Below are positions 25,476 to 36,562 of a stretch of 60,015 nucleotides of DNA, piece by piece. The stretch is from Octopus bimaculoides (Eukaryota). How positions within the stretch are numbered: the stretch's first letter is position 1; every line of letters starts with the position of its first letter. The stretch lies in the NCBI RefSeq assembly GCF_001194135.2, contig NC_068987.1:43086625-43146639 (forward strand). Direction: 5' to 3'. The notes beneath the pieces are model-generated. The model saw only the letters and a program-made list of their open reading frames with translations, was not told where the DNA came from and searched no databases. The translations under genes were made by a program, and so were the position numbers.

Positions 25476-27797
25476 ATGGAGCTTTTCAACATAAACGCAT
25501 CCCTTAAAGATATTCCTATTCCACCAAGGAATACTTACATCAAAATTACTCATTAGCAAGACTAACTCCTTTTTAAACAGAATCAGTTGGAAAACCTATT
25601 TCCATGATATTAGACGTACCAAATAACAAGAAGGATATAAATTTGAACTTTAAAAGTCTTTTCAAATTGAGGAACTCTCCCCCATCTCACACTAAGTTGG
25701 ATAAATTTGAAGAGGGCATTTGGTCTATAGTGAGGAATATTAAGTTTCGTCGCTCTCCTCTCAGGAACAGTCATCTTAGGTACCTCCACAACATTACCGA
25801 GAAGATCAATCGAACCAAAGGATTATTTGTACAGTTGGATAAAACTGGAAGTTTATACAAACTGTCTAAAGATAAATACATGGAATTACTGAAAAAAGAG
25901 ATAGAAAAAAATTATAGGACTACCAAAAGCAATATTCTATGGAAAGCTAACCTGGAAGCTAAGGAAATTATGATCAAATACAATCTGCAAGATAGGACTG
26001 AACCTCTGGTCCCTAAGCAACCTCGTTTTGTTCTTAAGGACCATAAGATAAATTTTTGGTCTAACCCTTCTCTATGTCTTATTTGTCCCTCTAGGTCTGA
26101 CATAGGCATTCTTAGTAAAAACATTCTGGACAAATATATACCCACTATAATTGATAAGTTAAAACTGAAACTCTGGTCAAATTCTTCTCAAGTAATAGAT
26201 TGGTTTAATTCAATTAAAGATAAGAATAATACCAAATTTATACAGTTTGACATTTCTAGTTTCTACTCCTCCATTAACTCTATTATCCTTAACAAAGCGC
26301 TTTGGTTCGCACACAATAAAGCAGGTCTTTCTAGGGATGAAATTAATGTAATTTTAGCGGCTCGTAAATCTATCATTAAATTTAACAATAAACTTTGGAT
26401 CCCTAAGGATACTCCGGAGGCTTTTGATGTTCCTATGGGAAGTTCGGATTCAGCTCAAATAGCTGATGTGGTCTGTTCATATTTATTGTATGAAATGGCA
26501 GACCAGTTCCCTAACATAAATGGAGGTCTTTATAAGGACGATTGTCTGCTATACCTCCATAAGGCCTCTGCCCAGAGCATACAAAAGGTTAAAAATAGGT
26601 TAGCTAGATTCTTCAGAAGAATGGGCTTTGGCATCGTTTTTGAGGATGAAGTCTCTGTAGTAAACTTTCTAGATGTTACTTTGGACTTACATAGTAATAC
26701 ACACTTTCCTTTCCATAAACCATCAACTAATCTCAAGTACATAAGCCCCTTTAGTAACCATCCAAGGCATATAACAAGTAATTTGGTTAGGAGTATCTCA
26801 ATTAGGCTTTCCAAACTTTCCTCTAACCCCCAAATTTTCAATAAGGAGGCTGACTTTTATAATTCAGCCTTATTGAAGGCAGGTTATAAAGACAAGGTAA
26901 GGTACATCGACTCTTCTAGTGATCTTTCTCCTTTTACACAACATGATACCCCCTTTACTAACGTGGATAAACCCACTTCTATTTCTTCCCATTCTTCTCA
27001 CTTTACTGAGAAAGTGGAACATGCTTATCACTCACATAAGAGAGGAGGTCCAACTGGCTCTAAACACTTCAACAAATTCAAAAATCTTTATTTATTAAAC
27101 CACACTAATACTGTATCTAGATCTGTTGATAATAATATCTGGCTCATCCTCCCGTTTGGGAAGCAAGTTAAATCAAATTTGGTCCGGCAGTTCCGAGATG
27201 CGGTGAGTAGGAACTTTCCTAAGGGTTCCCACTATTACCCAATAATCAACTCACATAAGGTTAGATTTGGGTTTTCTAATACTAAAAATTTGTTACAGAT
27301 TATTTCTTCCCATAATTTTAGGTTTTTAGACTCATCTCTAGACAGCCATCCCAGTTACGATGATAATAATAGTAATGTTCATATCAATAACAATAATAAT
27401 TACTCCAATAATTTAACACACACAGATGATGGCAATAGTCATTTAGGTATAAATATAGGTAGTATGTACAATATTAGGAAACATAACAGTATCTGTAACA
27501 ATAATAAGATTAGCATCTCGGAATTAAATCCTAATAGAATTAAGTTTTTAAGTGCGAATGCCAAAACCAAGAATGTGGTTTATCAATGCAAGGTAATGTC
27601 TCACGCTGATGTCTCGTTTTACGTACGTAGCTCATCGACACAGGTCTCCAAGAGAATATCGAACCATTATTCTTCATTTAGGGATAGGAATAAAGCTAAC
27701 ACTACCGGCCTAAGTAAATTTATTTGGGAACTGAAAGATTGCAATAGACAATTCTCTTTGGAATGGTCTATACTGGCTACCTCAGTTCCCTACGACA
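25476..27797 (+). mobile_element. Penelope-like retroelement ORF (RT + C-terminal GIY-YIG), two frameshifts at the N-terminus
   Basis: N-terminus SLKDIPIPP..Y...LI.K...F.NRISWK (25476 onward); RT motifs FIQFDISSFYSSI, VPMGSSDS, GGLYKDDCL and VNFLDVTLDL; endonuclease NVVYQCKV...FYV...RISNHYSSF...LSKFIWELK...WSIL. The C-terminus runs into an N-gap. Confidence 0.9.
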
Positions 27798-27897
27798 NNN
27801 NNNNNNNNNNNNNNNNNNNNNNNNNNNNNNNNNNNNNNNNNNNNNNNNNNNNNNNNNNNNNNNNNNNNNNNNNNNNNNNNNNNNNNNNNNNNNNNNN

Positions 27898-28397
27898 TCT
27901 GTCCTCAAGGCCCTGGCATGGAAGCCAACATCACAACTAGTGATCGCCCTGCCACACAAACTCACAGCCTCAACTACTTTCACATACAGACTCATACTAA
28001 TGTGTACTCTAAGAACTGGTATACATGCTCACGGTTACTGACTCTCTTTTCTATCTGCTGTAATATTTCACATACACATACATGTATCACTCACACACAT
28101 CTCTTTTCTTTGTACGACGGCCTGTCTTTTATTATGTTTTTATATGTCGCATTCACACTCTCACATACAGACATACATCTTTAACGCCATAATAAATATC
28201 TCTGTTATCCATCTTATACGGTTGTGGTTTTTCATTACTGGTCATCTATGTTATCGTAGTATAACATATTTTTTGTATATCATTCTTTGATATATTATTT
28301 TGTGTTCGACCGTGTGACACGTGTAAATATAAGGAGTCCTCTGTTTTTCCATTCGTCACCATTTCTCCCTTTTTGAGTTCGCACGGTCGTTCTTACA
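27898..28397 (+). mobile_element. 3' part of a long LTR inserted into the Gypsy integrase
   Basis: Closely matches 52900-53296 and ends ...ttcgcacggtcgttcttaCA; directly abuts the integrase codons for CQKAKTYRH. Confidence 0.8.
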
Positions 28398-31300
28398 TGC
28401 CGGTAGGTTTTCGCTTTTTGGCACGCGACACAGCACTCGGTCCATTCTCTGATATCCTTGTTGATACTGGTCCACACAAAACGGGTCAATATCAGTCTTT
28501 TAGTGGAGCGAATACCAGGATGTGACAGAGAATGCAGAGCAGAGAAAACTTCTCGACGATGTTTCTGTGGTATATAAGGGCATTGGTAACCGGTGGAGAA
28601 ATCACACCAAATATGGGCCGTGGACGATGGTAGCGGAACATGCTGAAATTTCAGAGATGACGATTCCAGGAGCTTTAGAAGTTCTTCGTCATTCTCCTGG
28701 TCAGCTGCTATACGTGCTAGATCAATTGTAGCCGTGGTGTGGATAGCATTGATCTCTGTGCGTGAAAGTGTATCGGCTGCTAAGTTGGTCGTCCCTTTGA
28801 TGTGGCGTATATCCGTCGTATACTGGGATATGAAGTCGAGGTGGCGGATTTCTCTCGGTGAGTGGCGATCCAGCTTGGTGTCAAATGCATATACCAATGG
28901 TTTGTGGTCGGTATATATGGCAAAATTGATATCTTCTAGCATGTGTCGGAAATGCTTAACGGCCAGGTATGCCTCTGTAGTAACGCCTGCGCATGCGTAG
29001 TCTTACGCATGCGTAGAATTAAACAAGCAAGCGTTTCCCGCTCAATTCATTCTCTTTCTCGCTGGCCAGCGATTGAGCATGGACGTGTGTTTAAAGCTGT
29101 CTCTACATCTTTTGGACTTACACTCGACAGCTCGTTATTCTCACCTCTAAAGATGTATAACTAAAGATATGTATGCTTACCACCTAAATAAATGTTGTTT
29201 AAGTTGTTTAGTCTGGAGTTCAGCGTTCCGTTATATTCTATAATTTTATAGTAGAAAGTCAGGTATACAATCTAAAGATGTATAACCCACTTTCCTATAN
29301 NNNNNNNNNNNNNNNNNNNNNNNNNNNNNNNNNNNNNNNNNNNNNNNNNNNNNNNNNNNNNNNNNNNNNNNNNNNNNNNNNNNNNNNNNNNNNNNNNNNN
29401 NNNNNNNNNNNNNNNNNNNNNNNNNNNNNNNNNNNNNNNNNNNNNNNNNNNNNNNNNNNNNNNNNNNNNNNNNNNNNNNNNNNNNNNNNNNNNNNNNNNN
29501 NNNNNNNNNNNNNNNNNNNNNNNNNNNNNNNNNNNNNNNNNNNNNNNNNNNNNNNNNNNNNNNNNNNNNNNNNNNNNNNNNNNNNNNNNNNNNNNNNNNN
29601 NNNNNNNNNNNNNNNNNNNNNNNNNNNNNNNNNNNNNNNNNNNNNNNNNNNNNNNNNNNNNNNNNNNNNNNNNNNNNNNNNNNNNNNNNNNNNNNNNNNN
29701 NNNNNNNNNNNNNNNNNNNNNNNNNNNNNNNNNNNNNNNNNNNNNNNNNNNNNNNNNNNNNNNNNNNNNNNNNNNNNNNNNNNNNNNNNNNNNNNNNNNN
29801 NNNACAGAACACAGCTATAGCAGTTCCTGCGCCGACGTCTTCATCAATGTACTCTATCTCGGTGTTTTGGGATTTTTCGCAGTCTATACTACAGACACTT
29901 TCACTTGTTCTGTGTTGTTTTTCTCACACACACACTTGTGCACTCATACATTTTCTTTCCCTTCAGGGAAAACAAACAGTCAGACTTTTACATCGCGTGA
30001 TTCCAGTTTCCTGGACAGTTGTCATCACGGTTGTTTTGTCATTGTCATTTCATTTATACGTTGCATGCATGTATTTCACAAGTGTACATTTCATTTCTTT
30101 GAATTTTCTTTGTGTGTGTTTNNNNNNNNNNNNNNNNNNNNNNNNNNNNNNNNNNNNNNNNNNNNNNNNNNNNNNNNNNNNNNNNNNNNNNNNNNNNNNN
30201 NNNNNNNNNNNNNNNNNNNNNNNNNNNNNNNNNNNNNNNNNNNNNNNNNNNNNNNNNNNNNNNNNNNNNNNNNNNNNNNNNNNNNNNNNNNNNNNNNNNN
30301 NNNNNNNNNNNNNNNNNNNNNNNNNNNNNNNNNNNNNNNNNNNNNNNNNNNNNNNNNNNNNNNNNNNNNNNNNNNNNNNNNNNNNNNNNNNNNNNNNNNN
30401 NNNNNNNNNNNNNNNNNNNNNNNNNNNNNNNNNNNNNNNNNNNNNNNNNNNNNNNNNNNNNNNNNNNNNNNNNNNNNNNNNNNNNNNNNNNNNNNNNNNN
30501 NNNNNNNNNNNNNNNNNNNNNNNNNNNNNNNNNNNNNNNNNNNNNNNNNNNNNNNNNNNNNNNNNNNNNNNNNNNNNNNNNNNNNNNNNNNNNNNNNNNN
30601 NNNNNNNNNNNNNNNNNNNNNNNNNNNNNNNNNNNNNNNNNNNNNNNNNNNNNNNNNNNNNNNNNNNNNNNNNNNNNNNNNNNNNNNNNNNNNNNNNNNN
30701 NNNNNNNNNNNNNNNNNNNNNNNNNNNNNNNNNNNNNNNNNNNNNNNNNNNNNNNNNNNNNNNNNNNNNNNNNNNNNNNNNNNNNNNNNNNNNNNNNNNN
30801 NNNNNNNNNNNNNNNNNNNNNNNNNNNNNNNNNNNNNNNNNNNNNNNNNNNNNNNNNNNNNNNNNNNNNNGGATGCATCAACGAGTAAACACAGTGGGGC
30901 GTCAGGTTTTGGATAAACCAACATGGTAGCGTTGGATAACGCTTTTTTCAGGGCAGCGAAAGAGGCGAGTTGATCTTCATTCAGAGCAATATTTGCTAGT
31001 TGCGCTATCTCAGCGAGGTGGGGGTACGAACCTTCGATAGAAATTCACTAGACCGAGATATTCCCTTAATTTGCGGAGAGATATAAGTGGTGGAAAATCC
31101 ACGATGGCCTTGACTTTCTCGGGAAGGGGACGAATGCCATCCTTATCAACGATGTGCCCGTGAAAATGAAGGGAAGCAACTCCGAACAAACACTTGTTGG
31201 GGTTGATAACAACACCGTATTTGCAGAGACGTTCGAATAGTAGGAGTAGGTGTTGGTCATGTTCTTCGTCTGAGCTACTGGCCACGAGTATGTCGTCTAT

Positions 31301-33060
31301 GTAGGTATAGACGAAAGGCAAACCTCTAGTAACCATGTCAATAAACCTTTGAAATGTCTGTGCCACGTTGCGTAGACCGAAAGGCATACGCAGGAATTCA
31401 ATCATTCCAAAGGGTGCACTTCAACTACTACACTATTTTTTTTTCTATTTTTCCACCGGGTGCGGATCTATATAATAACCGTTTTAGGTATGTCCGTAGA
31501 TTCCAATGGGATTTGGTTGTAAGTTCGCACAAGGTCGATTTTGGAAAAGACGCGAGCTCCATGCAGCGAGCTAGAAAAATCCTGCAAATAGGGGACTGGA
31601 TATGCATTACTGACAGTACTTTTATTCAGCCATTGGTAATCACCGCAAACTCGCCAATCAGTCGATGATTTTTTTGGAACGCAGTGTATTGGCGAGGACC
31701 AGTTACTTCTGGACAGGCGGCTGATTCCAAGGTCGAGCATGTGCTGGAATTCCTGCTTGACGGCCCTGAGACGATCAGGTGGTAACCTTCTGGGTCTTGC
31801 AGCAACAGGTGGGCCGCTGGTTTTGATGTAGTGGGTGACTTCGTGCTTGATCGGCTGGTTCTGGAATACTGGTCGAGCGACGTCCGGATATTTTTTCAGG
31901 ATAGCACTGTGGAGAATCGACGTTGTGAGCAATATAGTTGGGCTGACTGTGGCCATACGAGCGGCTATGCCGCGCACAGTAAGCTGTGTGGTGCTGTCGA
32001 CAAGTCGTCTATTTTTAATGTCTACCAGGAGACCGAAATGATGCAGGAAATCGGCTCGTAAGATAGGGGTCGGCAGTTTAGCAATGACAAATACCCACTG
32101 GAAGGTGCGGCATAGTNNNNNNNNNNNNNNNNNNNNNNNNNNNNNNNNNNNNNNNNNNNNNNNNNNNNNNNNNNNNNNNNNNNNNNNNNNNNNNNNNNNN
32201 NNNNNNNNNNNNNNNNNNNNNNNNNNNNNNNNNNNNNNNNNNNNNNNNNNNNNNNNNNNNNNNNNNNNNNNNNNNNNNNNNNNNNNNNNNNNNNNNNNNN
32301 NNNNNNNNNNNNNNNNNNNNNNNNNNNNNNNNNNNNNNNNNNNNNNNNNNNNNNNNNNNNNNNNNNNNNNNNNNNNNNNNNNNNNNNNNNNNNNNNNNNN
32401 NNNNNNNNNNNNNNNNNNNNNNNNNNNNNNNNNNNNNNNNNNNNNNNNNNNNNNNNNNNNNNNNNNNNNNNNNNNNNNNNNNNNNNNNNNNNNNNNNNNN
32501 NNNNNNNNNNNNNNNNNNNNNNNNGAAAACGAACATGGGATCATGCATTTTTGCGCCCGTGTTCCGAATTTTCGGTGGTACCACATGTTTCATGTGAGTT
32601 GCAGGTAGCACTGGGGCTTCGGGACTGTCTACCATATCGATGCGATCGGCTGCTGCTTCGACGCTGGATACCACGCGATAGGGCTTGTATCTGGTCTGTC
32701 AGGGCCTGTATCTGTGAAGCCCGCTGAGTGACCAATGCACGCAAGTCGGAAATTTCCGAATCACTGGACGACGAAAGGAAAGAGTTGGTGGAAGGAATCG
32801 CTACCTGGCATGCCATGTCGGTAGGAGATATGTTCGCCGCTGGATTCTGATCTGGAAGAGCCATTGTGTTCGCAGGAATTCTCAGTTCTGTCTCGTTGCC
32901 GAGTGATGTGCAAGCTGTGATTCTTCGACGGGATCACGAAGCGTAGTGCCGAAATGGAAAGTTCAACAGTAGTACAAAAACGTCTTCATTTTCCAAATGC
33001 CGTTCGGTTGGTGAAGCTGGTTCAAGGGAAGGCTGAAATTCATTGACGGGGTCACCCCAT
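28398..33060 (-). mobile_element. Gypsy/Ty3 LTR retrotransposon internal region (CsRn1-like), disrupted gag-pol
   Basis: PBS-like tggggtgaccccg at 33047-33059; gag C-X2-H-X9-C-X3-C ((C)WYHRKFGTRAQKCMIPC, 1-nt frameshift); RT FSKIDL, MPFGLRN, YIDDILV; RNase H LLVDAS and YTDHKPL; integrase HSLSHPG...CVACQKAK. A ~50-bp insertion lies at ~31420-31470. Confidence 0.92.
28976..30121 (+). mobile_element. Non-autonomous LTR element nested in the Gypsy RNase H (5' LTR 28976-29299 plus internal region; 3' end presumably in the gap)
   Basis: The LTR starts TGTAGTAACG and is homologous to the 33689/35845 LTRs; 29880-30120 is the reverse complement homologue of 34190-34410. Confidence 0.75.
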
Positions 33061-33375
33061 TTTTAACCATAACTTTTACCAAATTTGATGTATTTTGTTC
33101 AAACTTCATGCCACCATGAGATCTTTGAATGCTTTAAGTTCTCCAAAAATGAAAAAAAATAATAAAATCGATGAGTGGAAAAAATCGATAAACCGATTCC
33201 TGATGGGATTTCCCAATCAAGTTGTCTGCAACTCATTTTCAGCCAAAAGTTTACCAATTTCAACGGATTTTGCTCAAATTTGACGTCGATGTTATTTAGT
33301 TTGGTTTGAAATAAAGAACTTGATTAGCTTAATAAGCCTAACTTAATCGCCGGCAAAGGCGAGCTATACTGCTAG
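33061..33375 (+). mobile_element. Possible non-autonomous Helitron-like 3' end
   Basis: Short hairpin tcgcc-ggcaaa-ggcga (33347-33362), followed 9 nt later by CTAG (33372-33375) and then T; occupies the position where the Gypsy 5' LTR should be. Confidence 0.35.
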
Positions 33376-33424
33376 TATATATATATATATTGGAAGGTTT
33401 GGAGGTGATGTACAGGAATTATAA

Positions 33425-33639
33425 ATTAGAAAAAATAATAACCAGGTACTCAGATGTCTGGATGGTTGTACATATACAGATTTTTATTCATATGTCACAT
33501 GTTTTATAAATTAGCGCTTTTGATAACCCTACAAGACTAGGTGAAAGCGCTAATTTATAAACCATATGACATATGAATAAAAATCTGTAAATATACAACC
33601 ATCCAGACATCTGAGTACCTGATTATTATTTTTTCTAAT
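33425..33639. repeat. Palindrome (96-bp arms, 23-nt loop) with a degenerate hammerhead core at the centre
   Basis: 33425-33520 is the reverse complement of 33544-33639 with few mismatches; the centre reads tTGATAA-c-ccta-caagac-tagg-t-GAAAGCGCTA. Confidence 0.85.
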
Positions 33640-33654
33640 ATATATCTATCTATC

Positions 33655-33691
<37 letters not shown>

Positions 33692-34080
33692 AGGGAAGTG
33701 GTTATATACCATTAGGTGTACTCCGCTTCCGTAAATTAAATTTCTTGAAGAAACAACGGAACGCAGATTCTGAACTATCAACACAACAATATTTATTACA
33801 ATAGAATTCGGCAGCATTTCGCCCTTCGGTTACTGAGACGCCGTCAATGAAGTTGCTTGGTTATTTGTGTAGCTCCAGAGTTGGATTGTTGGAGAGTGGC
33901 TGCTACGACGTCTAGGCTCTTCGTCGGCCAGGGTGAAAGAGGGTGAAAAAAGCGGGAACGTTTGGATATCGATGACTACGCATGCGCATGAGACTCTTCC
34001 TGTATTCCTTCCGGAACTAGTCCCTGCGCATGCGTGGATAAAAACTCCGGAAATGTCGTCTGCTATAAGTCGTCACTACA

Positions 34081-34092
34081 TGGCTCCCCCTC
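34081..34092 (-). promoter_or_regulatory. Polypurine tract
   Basis: Minus strand gagggggagcca immediately precedes the 3' LTR. Confidence 0.85.
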
Positions 34093-35824
34093 GAGTGCCG
34101 AAAGCACAAAAATAGGAATTTGGAGTGGCGCCTGAGGCAAGATGGCTACCAAAAACACCCACAAGATATGGCACAAATATATATAAAGAAAAATCAAATA
34201 AATGATGTACACTTGTGAGATACATGCATGCAATGTACAAAAGAATTGACAATGACAAAACAACCGTGGTGACCACTGTCCAGGAAAACTGGAATCATGC
34301 GATGTAAAAGTCTGATTTTTTTGTTTTTTTCTGAAAGGAAAGAAAATATGAGAACACAAGTGTGTGTGAGAGAGAAAACACAGAACATAGTAAAAGTGTC
34401 TGTAGAGAAAAAACCAGTTCGTATTAAAGTTACACACGGAGAATAGAATGTTCATACGCAGGAAGTTGTGGTCAAGGAGCAGAGCTGTAGTTGAGCGTCG
34501 ATGCTGGGACCTGTGTTACCTGGTACGGAATATTCTGGCTGGCTAGTTCTGGTTTGTTGATCGTGAGTGGAAACATCCACTCTAACGGGGTCGAGATAAA
34601 ACCGCGCTTGTTGATGTTGGTGTTGCTGGCGACGACAATGGTAGACAGTACATNNNNNNNNNNNNNNNNNNNNNNNNNNNNNNNNNNNNNNNNNNNNNNN
34701 NNNNNNNNNNNNNNNNNNNNNNNNNNNNNNNNNNNNNNNNNNNNNNNNNNNNNNNNNNNNNNNNNNNNNNNNNNNNNNNNNNNNNNNNNNNNNNNNNNNN
34801 NNNNNNNNNNNNNNNNNNNNNNNNNNNNNNNNNNNNNNNNNNNNNNNNNNNNNNNNNNNNNNNNNNNNNNNNNNNNNNNNNNNNNNNNNNNNNNNNNNNN
34901 NNNNNNNNNNNNNNNNNNNNNNNNNNNNNNNNNNNNNNNNNNNNNNNNNNNNNNNNNNNNNNNNNNNNNNNNNNNNNNNNNNNNNNNNNNNNNNNNNNNN
35001 NNNNNNNNNNNNNNNNNNNNNNNNNNNNNNNNNNNNNNNNNNNNNNNNNNNNNNNNNNNNNNNNNNNNNNNNNNNNNNNNNNNNNNNNNNNNNNNNNNNN
35101 NNNNNNNNNNNNNNNNNNNNNNNNNNNNNNNNNNNNNNNNNNNNNNNNNNNNNNNNNNNNNNNNNNNNNNNNNNNNNNNNNNNNNNNNNNNNNNNNNNNN
35201 NNNNNNNNNNNNNNNNNNNNNNNNNNNNNNNNNNNNNNNNNNNNNNNNNNNNNNNNNNNNNNNNNNNNNNNNNNNNNNNNNNNNNNNNNNNNNNNNNNNN
35301 NNNNNNNNNNNNNNNNNNNNNNNNNNNNNNNNNNNNNNNNNNNNNNNNNNNNNNNNNNNNNNNNNNNNNNNNNNNNNNNNNNNNNNNNNNNNNNNNNNNN
35401 NNNNNNNNNNNNNNNNNNNNNNNNNNNNNNNNNNNNNNNNNNNNNNNNNNNNNNNNNNNNNNNNNNNNNNNNNNNNNNNNNNNNNNNNNNNNNNNNNNNN
35501 NNNNNNNNNNNNNNNNNNNNNNNNNNNNNNNNNNNNNNNNNNNNNNNNNNNNNNNNNNNNNNNGAATTGTGGGTGTCCATTGTGTTGGTGAGTTCTTTTT
35601 CTTTGTGATGTGCGACAGTCGAAACAAAACCTATGCAGAGAAAGTTGTTATTCTTGTCTTCGATGTGACGAGCATGTTGTGAGACAGGCGACGGCTCGTG
35701 TTCAGTATTGTGGTCGGTAGTTCAGAGTTTTCGGCTGCAGTTGTTCTTGATTCGGGGTCACCAATTGTAGGGACAGTCGAAAAAATCACGTCGGGTGTAC
35801 AGATCAGAAGGTTGTATGAATCGT

Positions 35825-35842
35825 ATCACGTCGGGGTCACCA
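35825..35842 (-). promoter_or_regulatory. Primer-binding site complementary to tRNA-Trp
   Basis: TGGTGACCCCGACGTGAT, 2 nt after the LTR end; complementary to the recalled eukaryotic tRNA-Trp 3' end ...AUCACGUCGGGGUCACCA. Confidence 0.9.
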
Positions 35843-36258
35843 GTTGTAGGGAAGTGGTTATACACCATTAGGTGTACTCCGCTTCCGTACATTAAATTTC
35901 TTGAAGAAACAACGGAACACAGATTCTGAACTATCAACACAACGATATTTATTACAATAGAATTCGGCAGCACTTCGCCCTTCGGTTACTGAGACGCCGT
36001 CAATGAAGTTGCGTGATTATTTGTGTAGCTCCAGAGTTGGAATGTTGGAGAGAGGTTGCTGCGACGTCTAGGCCCTTCATCGGCCAGGGTGAAAGAGGGT
36101 GAAAAAAGCGGGAACGTTTGGATATCGATGACTACACATGCGCATGAGACTCTTCCTGTATTCCTTCCGGAACTAGTCCCTGCGCATGCGTGGATAAAAA
36201 CTCCGGAAATGTCGTCTGCTATAGATGTCACTACATATATATATATATATACATACTA

Positions 36259-36472
36259 TGTAGGCGTAGGAGTAGCTGTGTGGTAAGTAGCTTGCCTACC
36301 AACCACATGGTTCCGGGTTCAGTCCCACCGCGTGGCACCTTGGGCAAGTGTTTTCTACTATAGCCTCGGGTCGACCAAAGCCTTGTGACGGAAACTGAAA
36401 GAAGCCTGTCGTATATATGTATATATATGTGTGTATGTGTGTGTATATGTTTGTGTATCTGTGTTTGTCCCC
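36259..36472 (+). mobile_element. SINE 5' half
   Basis: taggcgtaggagtagctgtgtggtaagtagc...ggttccgggttcagtccc; same family as 8367-8770. Confidence 0.85.
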
Positions 36473-36562
36473 ACATACAAGCAATAACAAAAAATAATGG
36501 TATTATATTTATTTAATCAGGAATGCAACGTTTTTCCATGTCGTTGTATTTTTGAGAATCAA

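Larger units (their letters stand above)
33689..36235 (-). mobile_element. Complete non-autonomous LTR element (LTRs 33689-34080 and 35845-36235)
   Basis: Two ~391-bp TG...CA direct repeats (~96% identical by eye), tRNA-Trp PBS and PPT, with no coding domain in the visible interior; inserted in a (TA)/(TG) microsatellite. Confidence 0.92.
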
